From: Mobula hypostoma
Lineage: Eukaryota
Length of the DNA stretch: 64,000 nucleotides
Reading direction: 5' to 3'
NCBI RefSeq assembly: GCF_963921235.1
Contig: NC_086097.1
Span: 87,484,001 to 87,548,000 of the forward strand
The position numbers and the translations under genes are program-made. The notes below the pieces were generated by a model that saw only the letters and a list, made by a program, of their open reading frames with translations, did no database searches and had not been told where the DNA came from. Numbering within the stretch: the first letter of the stretch is position 1; each line of letters begins with the position of its first letter. Below are positions 1-13,339 of this stretch, in pieces.

Positions 1-1059
1 CTTGGATTTTCAGCATCTGCAGATTTTCTCTTGACTGAGATCAATGAAGGATGTGTTTAAGAAAATTATTCTAAAGGTGCTGAAGGCACTAGAATTTTGT
101 TGGCAGGAGAGAAAGATCCCTGAAGGCAATATTCCAGATTTAACAAAATGGTGATTGATCTGATATATGAAAAAAGGCTACCTTCAGGTTAAACAAAATG
201 TGAGAATTTGCCAGAATTCAACACAACCAGATTTGCTCCAGTGAGTATCCTGGAAAACATATGTAACTGCAGCCAGAAGTCAGGAGATGCTGATTAGCTT
301 CAGGCCAGCATGGTAATGCATAATAATATTGAACAGTTTAAAAGCAGCTGTTTTTAGTAATAGGTAGATTATTAAACAAAATCGCCCAAGGTGAAGGGAA
401 TCAAGCTCATAGCATATGGCGTTTTAGTTGTATTCTGACCTATTTTCAGAACATCAGGTTGCAAGGAAGATGAACATGTCCTGTAGACAATTTAGAGAAG
501 AAACATAAAACATAGCTGATCCTTATAAATCTGAATTATGAAATTATTTTAAAATGGTTTATTCAACCTCAGTCTTCTAAAGATTTGTGGGGCAATCAAT
601 GACATGGAAAGATAGATGCACTTTAAGCCAATTTAAGAGAGAAGAACAAGGAAAGGGGGTCAAAATGGTAAAAGCCAGATTTAAGAATGAGGATAATGAG
701 GTTTCAGAGCTTCAATTTAACACTGATATTTTCATCTCCGAGTACGTAGGTGAAGCTCCCTCAGCAGATTCGTGAGCCTGGGAGGCTAAGCATGTTTTTT
801 AAGTCCTGTGACTGACTGTGTTATTGCCAGGTTAGCCACATTAGGTACTAGTCTGCCTGGAATTATTTTGTCTGAATGTGAATGGCCAGATGAACATCTG
901 CATCCCACCCCTTCCCCACCCTTGGCCCACCTTGACACAGCCTAAGAGATGTCAAGAAAAATGCATAAGGCTTCAATGAGCAATTAGTTCTTAAGCATTA
1001 TATCCACAGAATAAAACAGTGGCCTTTAATGCCTCTAAAATTGTTTGGAGCCACCAGAA

Positions 1060-1945
1060 ATTGCACATGATGGAACTGGGAGGAATTAAACAGCAGAATA
1101 AATCAGTGGATTGAGCAGCATCTGTGAGAGTAAAGGAATCGTCAGTGTTTTGGGTCAAAATCATGCAAAGGACTAAGAGAGGAAATGGGAGTTACCTCAA
1201 ATAAAGAGGAGAGGAGGAGTGGTGAGGCAAGGCCAGAGGTGCTTGGTGCATAGAGGTGGGGTGAAGAATGATGGACAGATTGAGACAGGTAGTGGAGGAG
1301 AGGTGGAACTGGAAGTCAGAGGTAATGGGTGAAGTATATTGGGCAGATCAAGCCAAGTAAAGGAGGAGGCGTATTGGAGATGGGAGACAAAAGCATGTGG
1401 ATGGTAGATGGAGGCAGACAAATAAAAGAGGAAGGGAGTAAAATTGGGGGAGGGGAGCTAGGAGAGTGATAAGCAGGTACAGAAAAGTAGTAGTCTGATG
1501 CAGAACATGATGATGGGAACAATTAGGAGAGAGGTAAATGGCGGATGGAACCAGAACAAGAGAGGAGAGGGGAGAACCAAATGCTGAAGTAGGTGGAGGG
1601 AACTAGGATTGGGAGAGAAAAAAAATGGGTGATGGGGTCTGGGGTATGTTTAGAAAAGGGGGCAAAACTGAGAGGGCTAAAGGGTAATTAGATGGAGGAG
1701 GGAAGGGAATGGGAGAACACACCAGAGCTGAGACTTACCCAAAAATGGAAAATTAAATGTCATAACATTAGGTTGTAGAACACTGGCCGTGGAGAATGAT
1801 GTGAGAATAGGAGAAATTGATGTGAGAAATTGAAGAAGTATTCAACTGGGAGCTCAGCCTGGCCACTGCAGAAAGAGCAGAAAGAGTAGAGACTGGTCAG
1901 CTATCTGTGCTTTTTCTCATTAATCTAGAGGAGACCACATTGAAT
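1060..1945 (-). mobile_element. Decayed Penelope-like element 3' region
   Basis: Reverse orientation of the PLE terminus (gagcagcatctg...cagtgttttgggtc), a long purine-rich tract, and gacttaccc...ttaggttgtag matching the PLE ORF end seen at 15690-15735. Boundaries approximate. Confidence 0.55.
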
Positions 1946-3702
1946 CAGAATCAGATTCAACTTTATTACCATTGACATATGACATGAAATTTGTTGTTTT
2001 GTGGCAGCAATACAGTGCAAGACATAAAAAATACTGTCAGTTACAATTAAAAAAAGTAAAATAAAATAAATAAAGATTTCAGAAAAAGAATAGGAAGATA
2101 GTGTTCATGGACCGAATGCAGCAGACAGGTCTAAAGGAGATGTATCTGAACCATTATCCTATCTGGAAGGGCTGTTTATTGACAAGGAAGGTGTAAGACC
2201 CAGTGAATATCTCCAGCTAGCTATCTTTTGATCTAAAAGTTATTTGGAACTGGTTTTAAATTACCATAAAAGTCAGTGACGATCAAAAACATATAGATAA
2301 AATAAATTCATTTGAGGTACTTAGGAGACAGACAAATTTGTGAAAGACTCGGCAACTGAGGGCTATGTGGAACTGGCACAGAAGAGGAGAGGAGGCCTTG
2401 GGCAGGTCAGCCACCATCATATTGAATGACAGTGCAGGCTAGAGCACCCTGGCCTACGGCCGGTCCTGTTTTCCCATGTTTCTATATTCTTAAATTCTAA
2501 TTCAATTAAATAAAAAATATTAGAAAATTGAAATAAAAATATTTGAGTAAATACCTTGATAAATATTACGTGACTTGTAATCTCATCCAGGGTTTACAGC
2601 TCACAGTTCAACTATCTCTTACAGCTAAAAGGCTAGATCATCCTTATCATGTCAATAGTATACAGATTGCCAGAGCAGGAGCACAGATGGGAATGGTATC
2701 TCATCTCCTGTTGGTTTTGGATTTCCATGTTTGGTTCTCTCTGGAAATTCCACGTGCATAGCCCCTGACTCAACATTAGTTTTCTCATTCTAAGTCAGAA
2801 AAGTTTAATTTGGAATCCCATCCAGGCAATGTTAAGAACCTTGTTCAGAAATTCCCCCAATCTCCACCCCACCACACATACACACCCCTCCAGCTTCAGC
2901 CACAAATGCAGGTTAGTTTGAGGCATTCTAGCAGAAAGTGTCTTTAGCTCATGGATTGCTACCAAGATAATATGATTCTGAGACATGGAAATAAACACAG
3001 AAGCATAGAACGGAAGGATTGCAGACAGAAATTAATTAAAACTGGATCATAGAGAGGTGTAGAACTTTAAGGAGTGGATTTCAAAATTTAGGGCTTATGC
3101 AACCGATACTGAAATTAATAATGTGGGATAATGCAGGTTACAGCATACACAGCAAGAATATGTTTAAGTTTATGAAAAGTAGAATATGGAAGATTGACCA
3201 GGAGCATGTGGGAGTAGTTAAGTCTAGAGATAACAAAGGCATAGTTAATGGTTCCAGGATCAGGTGAGCTGAGGGGGGAGGGCATTGGATAATGTTAAAC
3301 GTGGGTGGAAACTGGCAGAATTTTCTCTACGGAATTTAAATACATCCAGCAAGTGGAGATTAAATTGTTCTGCTAATGCTGTAGATTGCACTGGAAGTAC
3401 AAACGTATATTGGGTTGGATAGAGTTTGTCATAAAGAATAGTGTAAATGGTTTAAAGCAGAGTTATTGGTTACATACAGTAGATTCCACAGTTAGTTGTC
3501 AGTGATGGTGCAGCTATGTGATCAGAAGCTTATATTATTGTAAAATACAACACCAAGGTTCCAGACAGGTTGATTAAGTTATGAACATAGAACAGTACAA
3601 CACAGCATTTAACCTGTTCCAGGATTAATCTAATCCTGTCCTCCTACATAGCCCTACATTTGTCTTTCATCCATGTGCCTTTCTAAGAGTCTCTGTCACC
3701 TT

Positions 3703-3990
3703 GGGGTGCCATGGTAATGTAGCAGTTAGCACGACACTATTACAGCTCGGGCCGATGGGGTTTGGAGTTCATTTCCGGCCTCATCTGTAAGGAGTCTGTA
3801 AAATGTGTGCATTTTTCTCGAGTGCTCCAGTTTCCTCCCACAGTCCAAAGGGGAGGTTAATTGGTCATTGTAAATTGTCCTGTGATTAGGTTAGGGTTAA
3901 ATCGGGGTTGTCAGGGGTTGCTAGGGCGGTGTGACTCAAAGAGCTGGAAGGGCCTATTCCGCACTGTATCAATAAATAAATTAATAAATA
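3703..3990 (+). mobile_element. tRNA-derived V-SINE (HE1-like)
   Basis: tRNA-like head (ggtaatgtagcagttagc...gagttcatttcc), V-domain-like core gtttcctcccacagtccaaag, (taaa)n tail; a second copy lies at 46957-47230. Confidence 0.8.
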
Positions 3991-4424
3991 AATCCCACTT
4001 ACACTTTCCTCCAATCATTTTAAAATCATGTCCCTCATATTAGCATTTCTGCCATGGGAAAAAATCTCTGGTTATCAGTATATCATATCAGTTTAAGACA
4101 AATCCAATTGATCGTCTCCATCCTTCCATTGCTATCCTCTAACAGGGCTTACCACAGGACAAAGACAATGTCAGAGCCATGATCTAAACTCCACTAAGTT
4201 TAGACTCCAGAGCTGTCGAGCATGGAAGCAGACCATACAGACCAATTCATCCATGTCAATCATGATGTCCATCCAAATTAGTGATGCTTGCCTCTATTTA
4301 CCATATATCCCCATGAATCTTTTCTGTCCATGTACCTGTCTTTTAAAGATTGCAATTGTACTCACCTCTACAGCTTCCTGTGCTAGCTCTCGCCATATAC
4401 CCACCACCTGCTTTGTGAAAACTT

Positions 4425-4742
4425 TAGATAAGATTAACTTCATTTGTCACGTGTGCATTGAAACATACAGTGAAATGTGTCATTTGTATCAAATCAATTC
4501 AGTGACAATTATACTGGGCAGCACGCAAGTGTTGCCATGTTTCTGGTGCCAACGTAGCATGCCCACAATTCACCTTAACTGCACATCTTTGGAATGTAGG
4601 ACAAAACCAGAGCACTGGGGGAAACACGCTCAGTACTGAGGAGAATGTCAAATTCCTCAGAGACACCAGCAGGAATTAAACCCTAGTCTTATGGCTGGCA
4701 TTGTAATAGCATTATGCTAACCAGTATGCTACTATGCTACTA
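4425..4742 (-). mobile_element. tRNA-derived SINE (V-SINE-like variant)
   Basis: Reverse of the SINE head (ttgtaatagcattatgctaacc...) and core (ctttggaatgtaggacaaaaccagagcac). Confidence 0.6.
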
Positions 4743-4743
4743 T

Positions 4744-5873
4744 GAGGGTCATGGTTTTGACTTCTCCAATGCGTTCAACACCACCCACCCTGCTCTGCAG
4801 GGGGAGAAGCTGACAGCGATGCAGGTGTCATGGATTCTTGATTACCTGACTGGCAGACCACAGTACGTGTGCTTGCAACACTGTGTGTCCGACAGAGTGA
4901 TCAGCAGCACTGGGGCTCCACAGGGGACTGTCTGGTCTCCCTTTCTCTTCACCACTTACACCTCGGACTTCAACTACTGTACAGAGTCTTGTCATCTTCA
5001 GAAGTTTTCGGATGACTCTGCCATAGGTGGATGCATCAGCAAGGGAGATGAGGCTGAGTACAGGGCTACGGTGGGAAACTTTGTCGCATGGTGTGAGCAG
5101 AATTATCTGCAGCTTAATGTGAAAAAGACTAAGGAGCTGGTGGTAGACCTGAGGAGAGCTAAGGTACCGGTGACCCCTGTTTCCATCCAGGGGGTCAATG
5201 TGGACATGGTGGAGGATTACAAATACCTGGGGATACGAATTGACAATAAACTGGACTGGTCAAAGAACACTGAGGCTGTCTACAAGAAGGGTCAGAGCCG
5301 TCTCTATTTCCTGAGGAGACCGAGGTCCTTTAACATCTGCCAGACAATGCCGAGGATATTCTATGAGTCTGTGGTGGCCAGTGCTATAATGTTTGCTGTT
5401 TTGTGCTGGGGCAGCAGGCTGAGGGTAGCAGACACCAACAGAATCAACAAACTCATTCATAAGACCAGTGACGTTGTGGGGATGGAACTGGATTCTCTGA
5501 CGTTGGTGTCTGAAAAGAGGATGCTTTCCAAGTTGCAGGCCATCTTGATCAATGTCTCCCATCCACTACATAATGTACTGGGTGGGCACAGGAGTACATT
5601 CAGCCAGAGACTCATTCCACCGAGATGCAGCACAGAGCGTCATAGGAAGTCATTCCTGCCTGTGGCCATCAAACTTTACAACTCCTCCCTTGGAGGGTCA
5701 GACACCCTGAGCCAATAGGCTGGTCCCGGACTTATTTCATAATTTACTGGCAAAATTTACATATTACTATTTAACTATTTATGGTTTTATTACTATTTAT
5801 TATTTATAGTGCCAAAGTGACGAAAACCAATTTCCCCCAGGATCAATAAAGTATGACTATGACTATGGCTATG
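4744..5873 (+). mobile_element. Rex1/Babar-type LINE, 5'-truncated, RT C-terminal half still open
   Basis: ORF 4714-5718 has FDFSNAFNT, GAPQGTV, KFSDDSA, YKYLG and RLYFLRR motifs; caataaa is followed by an (atgact)n tail. Confidence 0.9.
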
Positions 5874-6134
5874 ATGCAATTTTGCCCCTCAGTTCCCACT
5901 CGAAACTTACGACTCTCAACTCATCCTATGTCCATTAGTTTTACATTCCCCTATCCTGAGAGAAAAACTGTGTCTATCCACTTTATCTACATCCCTCATG
6001 ACTTTATGTAACTTTATAAGGTCACCCCTCAGCCTCCTATGTTTCACTGAAGGAAGTCCCAGCCTAACCAGGATCTTCTTATAACCCAGGCCCTCCAGTC
6101 CCAGTGACATCCTCATGAATCTCTCTGGCAAAGT

Positions 6135-8425
6135 TTTCATACCTGGCCCCAGCAGCTTGAAGCATGCAGCTGCCTCCCATTTGCCATGGGATTATCACTG
6201 GCCTGAAACGTATTGCACAGAAATCTATTTAAAATTACAGCCAAGTTTTCACCATTCCCTCCAACCTTCCCCTGTCCTGAGCAAGGCTCTTAGCTTTGTT
6301 TCTCTGTGCCTTCGCCTCACTGGGTTCCACACCCATGCAACACTGAGCACTTTTTCCATTGCCTCTGTCTCCAAGCCCATTTCTTTGGCACAGATTTCCC
6401 ATCCTGCACGGGTGACCCTTTCTCCTGTGTTCAACCCTCACCCTGTTCTTGGACATCCTGCACAGGTCTTCTGCCCACTCTGGATCTTTTCTTCTCTAAC
6501 TAGTGATAAGACATCATCTGACTTGACCTCAGCAGTCCTCTCTCCTATTCGAACTCACGCCTTCTGAACGCACTGCCCTCCACTCGCTCCACACCAATCC
6601 CAATCTCACCATCAAACCTGCAGAGAAGGAGGATACTGTTATAGTCTAGTGGACTGAGCTACCTTGCTGAGGCCAGAGGACATTTCTCAGACACCTCCTC
6701 TTACATATCCCTTAAAAAGGACGTCGCTAAGAAACATCAGGTCTCCTGCACCATCACCAATCTCAATGACTCTGGAAATCTCCCATCCACTGCCACCAAA
6801 CTCATAGTTCTCTTATCCCACTGCTCATTTCTGCTCCCTACCCAAGATCCACAAACCTGACTGTTCAAATAGGCTTATGGTTTCTGCCTGTTCCTACCCC
6901 ACTGAACTCATGTCCACATACCTCAACTTTATTTTGCCCTCTTGAATCAGTCCCTTCCCTTCTACATCTGTGACTCCTCACACACACTTGACTTCTTCAA
7001 TTACTTTCAATCCCTTGGCCCAGATCACCTCATTTTATCACTATGGATGTTCAGTCCCTATAGACTTCTATCTCCCAACAGGAGGCCTTAAAGCTCTCCA
7101 CTTCTTTCTAGACAACAGATCCAAAACCACCCTCCTCTGCCTGGCAGAACTGCTCATCCCACTCTCTCCAAACCCAAAATGAAGCCATGGGCTTCCGCAT
7201 GAGCCCCAGCTACTCTTGCCTTTTCATTGGCTACGTGGAATAGTCTAAGCTCTAACCCTACACTGGTAGTGCTCCCCAACTCTTTCTGTGCTACATTGAT
7301 ATCTACACTGGTGCTGCTTCCGGAACCCATACTGAGCTCGTTAACTTCATCAACTTAGCCTCTAATTTCCACCCTGCCCTCAAATTTACTTTGTTCAACA
7401 CTGACATGACTGTCCACCTTCTTGATCTCCCTGTCTCCATTTCTGGAGAAAGACTTGTCTGTTGATATTTTTTATAAACTCACTTACTCTCACAGCTATC
7501 TTGAATATACCTCTTCCCACCTTGTAGGTTGTAAAAATGTTATTTGCTGATTTCAGTTCCCCTGACTCTACCAGAGCTGTTTTCAGGATAAGATTTACCA
7601 TTCCATAATATCTGAAATGACCTCTTTCTTCAAAGAACCTGGTTTCTTCTCCTCTACCATCAAAGCAGCCCTCACCCACATTTTGTCCATTTCCGAGACA
7701 TCCACCATCACCCTAACTTCCTGCCGAGTGGACATCTCTACATTGGTGAGATGTGCCATAGATTGGGGACCACTTTGTCAAGCTCCTTTGCTCTGTCTGA
7801 CACAACAGGTGGGATTTCCCACAGGTCACCCACTTTAATTCTACTTCACACTTCCATTCCAAAATATCAGTTTATTCTCTCCTCTACTGCCACAACGAGG
7901 CCACTCTCAAGTTGGGGGAGCAACACCTCAAGTTCCATTTGCGTAGCCTCCAACCTGATCAATTTCTCTAACTTGTGGTAATTTCTCCCCCACCTCTACC
8001 CCCATTTCTCTCTTTTTCCTTTCTCCATTCTGCTTCCTTCTCTTCTCATCACTTGCCCATCACCTCCCTCTGGCACCCTGCTCCTTCCCTTTCCCCTGCC
8101 TCCTCTCCTATCAGGTTCCTTCTTCTTTAATCATTTACCTTTTATGCCTATCACCTCCCAGCTTCTCACTTCATCACTCCTCCCTCACCTAGCCACCTTA
8201 CCCCTCACCTGGTTTCACCTATCACCTGCCAGCTTGTACTCCTTTTCACCCCCTCACCTTTCATGCTAACTTCTTCCCATTTTTGTTCTACTACTGATGA
8301 AGGGTCTTGGCCCAACATGTCCATTGTTTATTCCCGTCCATAGATGGTGCCTGACTTCTTGAGCTCCTCCAGCATTTTGTGTGTGTTGCTCTGCATCTTC
8401 AGCATCTGTAGGTTCTCTTGTATTT
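6135..8425 (+). mobile_element. Penelope-like element, decayed RT plus GIY-YIG endonuclease
   Basis: Broken-frame motifs LSKALSFV, NPNLTIKPAEK (IKPADKG-like, ~6597), PKIHKP (6841), TMDVQSL, AMGFRMSPSYSCLFIGYVE, YID, and LYIGExxHRLG (~7737). Terminus has ctgatga-agggtcttggccc. Confidence 0.88.
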
Positions 8426-9379
8426 AAAATTACTTGTAGATCAACACCTGACACCAACCCCTCACTGTATCAGAGTCTTGCTGTACGTTTGTTGAACCTT
8501 TCCCATCCTAGACCTTTCTCTTCTATATTCCCCAGCAGTCCTATTATGTCTTTACATAACATAATAGGAACTGACTGAGAAAATGGAAGAAAATGATCCA
8601 TCAAACCATTTCCTTCTATGATGTACCAATGCATCAAAGCAGATTCTACTCAACTATTTAACCCCATTCCACAGGCCATGTGCACTCCACCCCATCAAAT
8701 TTTCAGCATGACAGCAGAATATTTTTTCCTTCCTAGTGGGAACCCCATCCGTTGTCTTCTAAAGCTAAACTAAATCTGATCGAATAATCCATGAAACATC
8801 ATGTCCCACTATAAACCATTCTTTCAATCCACCCTGTCCTTTTGACTGGGTACAGCACACATGAGTAGGGGGTATTGGTACGGTCTAGGAGTCAACTAGA
8901 CTTATGCTTACAGTTCTGCTTGCCACATGGCATAAATAACATGTGTATTCATTAAGTTATTCAAGGAGATCATGAGGATTTGCAGGATTGTAGGTGCTTA
9001 ATTATGGATAAAGGTTGGTCAAGCCTGAGTTATTTTCTTTCAAACAAAAGAAAGAATGTGTAAGTCCAGAGAAATGAACAGGAAATATCATTGGTACAGA
9101 GGTTATATATTTAAGGTAATTGGTAGTATAGTATCAAGAGGTATTGATGAAAAAAATTCTTTCTCTCAGACTAGAGTGGGGATCTGACTCACTGGATCCT
9201 GTAAGCTAAGACACTCATTACATTTAAAAAGTACCTGAATGAAAGTAAGAATAAGCATATTTAGGAATATAAGAAATAAAAGCAAGAGTAGACTACATGT
9301 CCATCTCTGTGACATATCTACTCCTCCTATTCAGTAAACTCATGGCAGATCTTCTACCTCTACCTTCACGATGACACAA

Positions 9380-10205
9380 AATTGTGATGTGTTATTGAGA
9401 GTGAATAAGGTGATCAGAGATTACAAAGGGATCTTAATCAGTTAGGGAAGTGGCCTAAGGTGTGGTAAGTGTGAGGTGATATATTTTGGAAAGTCAAACC
9501 ATTGTAGGACTTGCATTATGAATGGTAGGACATAAGAGAGCATAATGGAAGAGAGTGACATTAGAGTATGTACATCTTTTATTAAAAGTGGCATCAGGAG
9601 TAGTTAGGGTGGTGAAAAAAGTGTTTGCCCATAATCAGTCAGGGCACTGATCTGGGACATTATGTCACAGTCATATAAGTTTGTAGTGAAGCTGCAACTG
9701 GAGTACTGTATATAGTTTTGGTCACCAGTTATTGGAAAGGTACAGCTAAGCTGGAAAGAGTGCAGAAAAGATTTGCGGGGATGTTGCAGGACTCGAGGAC
9801 CTGCATTATAGGAAGGATTGGCCAGGCTAGGTCATTATTCCTTGGAAAGTCAGAGAATGAGGAGGGAACTTCGAGAAACGTTGAAAATTATGAGAGGTAT
9901 AGATAAGGTGTATGGTAACAGTCTTTTACCCAGGGTAGGGAAGCCCAGTACTAAAAGGTGTAAATTTACAGTGAGGGGCATGATTTAAAAAGGACTTGAG
10001 GGGCAACTTTTTCATGCAGAGTGGTGAATGGAATGAGCTGCCAAAACGGTTGAGGTAAGTACAAATATATAATTTAAGAAGCATTTGGAGGGTCAGGCTT
10101 AGAGGGATATGGACTGAACACAGGAAATTGGGAATAGGTGGTTGGGCACTGTGGTCAGCATGGACTAGTTGGGCTATTGGGCCCATGTCCATGTTGTATT
10201 GTTCA
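9380..10205 (+). mobile_element. CR1 LINE 3' fragment
   Basis: Decayed RT C-terminus (LEYCIxFWS, KLERVQKRF) and CR1-type 3' end. Confidence 0.75.
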
Positions 10206-11302
10206 AATCCCTCCATTCACCCCACATCCTAATACCTTTCAAATCTGTCTTGAATATACTCAGTGACTGAACATCTTCAGCTCTCTTACAAAGATTCACT
10301 GTTCTCTGAGTGAAGGCATTTCTTTTCATCTCCATACTGAATGGCCAATTCATTGGTTTGATACTGTGACCCCTGGTTTTAAACACCCCAGCCTGGGAAA
10401 ACATTAACGCCACATCTAATCTGTGAAATCCTGTAATAATCTTGTATCTTTCGGTTTATCTATGCTCCCCTCATAGGACAATCTACCCGTCCCAATAATC
10501 AACATGGTGAACCTTTAATGCATTCTCTTTATTACAAGTACATAATTTCTGAGGCAATGAGAATATTAGGCCTATGCATAATATTCCTGATGTATTCTAA
10601 CTAGAGTCTAGTTTAAATGCACTGTGGTATCTTTGTTTTTGTACTCAAACCATTTGCTATTTTGTTGTTGCTTCATATGCAGGTAATTTTCTTTTCACAC
10701 TTATAATTGTTTTTTGTCAAGCCACTCCTCCAGTTCATGGCTGCATCGATGGACAATGGCAAAGCTGTCTCAGGTCTTGGTGATAGGGTATGTTTGGACC
10801 AGGTGGGGGCCATCTTGAATTGGGGCACTACAGGGGTAAGCTGGGGTTTGTCGGGCACCCGATCGATGTACGTACTGTTTGTGCTGTTTTGGTATGTCAA
10901 CTTCTGAGTCTATTTGTGGCTGTCCAGTTTTTTATGTAGTAGCTACAGTAAAGCCCGGGAGGAGTGAGGTGGGGTTGTTGATCAGATCTCCACCGGGGGT
11001 GGAGGGGAGGTGCTCATGTGCCAGTACTGGCATCATTCAGTGTGTTCGTCATAGGAGCTGATATTGTTCAAGTTGTAGAAAGGTTTTCAGGTTTTGAGTT
11101 GGAAAGTTGGAGGAGTATTTTTGATGAGTTTATGAACTGGAAAGTTACTGGGCATATTTTGGATATGCTTCTGGAATTTTGCTGAAGTCAATCTTCTGCG
11201 GATCTCTGGGGGTGCTATTCTGCTCATTGTTAGGAGTAATTGGACAGGCGTGGATTTTAGGGCTCCTGAGATTATTCTCATAGAGGTATGAAGCTGTGTA
11301 TT

Positions 11303-11457
11303 CATAGTCATAGTCATATTTTATTGATCCCGGGGGAAATTGGTATTCATTACAGTTGCACCATAAATAATTAAATAATAATAAAACCATAAATCATTAA
11401 ATAGTAATATGTAAATTTTGCCAGGAAATAAGTCCAGAACCTGCCTATTGACTCAAG
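11303..11457 (-). mobile_element. Short 3' fragment of the same Rex1 family as 4744-5873
   Basis: Reverse complement of ~5708-5870 including the (atgact)n tail; GTATT duplicated at 11298-11302 and 11458-11462. Confidence 0.85.
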
Positions 11458-11811
11458 GTATTGATAATGTTTGTGCGAGCACTTCTCTCCCAGGTGGGTG
11501 TGCAATATTCAGTGACTGAGAAACATGGTGCTAGGCTAGATGTTCATAACACTGACTGGTTAGCACCCCATCTGGTTCTCGCTACCTTCCTGATCATGGT
11601 CGTTCTGCATTTTAGTTTATTTGCAATATTCTGAAGGTGGGTCTTGTATGAGAGAGTTCAATCTAGTGTGACTTCTAAGTACTTTGGGTCTAGGTCATTG
11701 GGTAGCTGTTTGTCATTTAGTTTGATATTAAGTTTAAATTTGGTTAGTTGGTTATCCTGATGAAATATGGAAGTTACTGTTTTGTTGACATTCATATTTA
11801 TGTACCACTTT

Positions 11812-11945
11812 AGGCAGGCGGTGCCAAGGCAGCCAGCGAGAACAAGCTGGAGGAGAGACTGTATTCGGTGCTGTCGCAAGATCGAAGAAGATGGAGGTGC
11901 ATAGCCGCCAACCCTGGATTCGGGACAGCACCCACTGACTGACTG
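11812..11945 (+). mobile_element. 5'-truncated copy of the chimeric RTE-tailed element carrying a ZFTRAF1/CYHR1 fragment
   Basis: Encodes GGAKAASENKLEERLYSVL-SQDRRRWR; (ctga)n tail; perfect 8-bp TSD ACCACTTT (11804-11811 and 11946-11953); about 90% identical to the 3' end of the copy at 41943-42489. Confidence 0.88.
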
Positions 11946-13339
11946 ACCACTTTGAAAAGTACTCCAAACCCAGCTCCCAAATGGACAGACTTGCGTCTGC
12001 CCCTACTGGGCCACACTTCATCATGAATCAAGGCAACTTTTCAATCAATTTTGCTGTCAAGGCCAATGTACCATTTGCCTTCCAAATCGCCTGATGTACC
12101 TGTACATTAACTTGCAGTCATTTGTGAAGAAGGACAGCTCAGTTTCTTGGAACACCAATGCTTTTCAGTATCTGACTATCTGAGAAAAACTTTTGAGTTT
12201 TTCTCATTTTTCCACATAATATTCCATCTGCTACGTCTTCACAATTCACTTATATGGATTTCCCTTGGGAGTTTCTCTGTATCTTAGTCATGTCACATCT
12301 TAATATCATCAGTAAACATAGATATTTTGCTTTTTTAAATCATTTATATATGAACAGCAGAACGCCCACCCGTCACAGCCTTACAAACCTAAAAGACATA
12401 GTTTTCCTGTTCTCTGTCATCTCTTAACCATTCCTCAGTCTACACCAGTATTACTGTGAGCCTTACATCATGTAGTTTTGTTTTATAATCTCTTACCAAA
12501 GGTGTTCTGAAAGCCAGGCTCACCATTTCCCCAATCACATCTGAGGTAAGAAAAGGAGGAAAAGAAGAGGAACAGCCGAAGGAAAAGCATGGTAGAAAGC
12601 GATGGCAAGAGGGTTTCTCTGGCAAATCTGTGGTGAATCGCCTTTCAGTGCAACTGAGAACCAGAGGATCAAACCAAAGAATCACATTGGGTTAGTAAGT
12701 AACAAATCTTGAACATCATCTCAACTTGAACTGATAAATAGCAAGTTAAATTGACAGCATACAAAGTAATTCCCAACTACATGAAGAAGCCTATTCCCCC
12801 TTGCCAAAACTGAGAGCCCCGTATCTATTCAGCTGGTTACAGGCTCAGAAACCTAACTGATTTGCTAAACGTGATCTTCTTTTCATGAATCAATGTAGAC
12901 TCTGCCCAATCCTATTATTATTTTCTAAGTGCCCTGCCACTGCTTCCTTAATAATAGATTTTATCATTTTAAGAGCTGTGACTGACAGCCAGAAAATAGG
13001 ATTAGTCTGGATAGCTTTTACTTTTGCTTGGCATGGTACAATGGGCAGACCGACCTCTTGTTGTGCCATAAATTTCTATGACAACACGCATATGAGGCTT
13101 CTAAAAGTTGTGGCTGAGGCAGTGTTGATGGTGGCTGCCAAAATTCGCCTGATTCTTAGATAATCGCAGCAGACTGGGAGATAATTGAATGTTATATTGG
13201 TATTTAAGAAGAGGGAGAAAAGAATTGGGGAATCAAATGCTAATTACCCTGGCATCTGTTATCTGAAAAATAGAGAGATGTCACTCCTGATGTGGTGACA
13301 GGGTACTAGGAAAATGCTTCCACCCTCAAGGTAGTCCTG

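Larger units (their letters stand above)
4203..6135 (-). mobile_element. CR1 LINE 3' fragment, interrupted by a SINE and a Rex1 copy
   Basis: ORF 5916-6140 gives the CR1 RT C-terminus (RLGLPSVKHRRLRGDLIKLHKVM). The sequence ...gtgaaaact (4423) resumes as ttttgcccctcag (~5880). Confidence 0.7.
10659..12050 (-). mobile_element. Vingi/Ingi-like LINE, 5'-truncated and decayed, with two nested insertions
   Basis: EYFSKW|YINMNVNKTVTSIFH, PKYLEVTLD, RWGANQSVL, NTQLHTSMRIISGALKSTPV...RIAPPEIRR; 3' end catatgaagcaacaac; possible TTTGCT TSD. Confidence 0.75.
10205..12970 (-). mobile_element. CR1 LINE fragments hosting the Vingi insertion
   Basis: KTRGHSIK...NAFTQRTVNL in ORF 10174-10413. CR1 sequence breaks at ccatttgct (10658) and resumes at ttttgctgtcaaggccaatg (~12050). 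Confidence 0.6.

Noticed and set aside
107..315. Cluster of tiny AG/GT-bounded segments resembling micro-exons
   Set aside because: The implied introns are too short and the peptides are unrecognisable.
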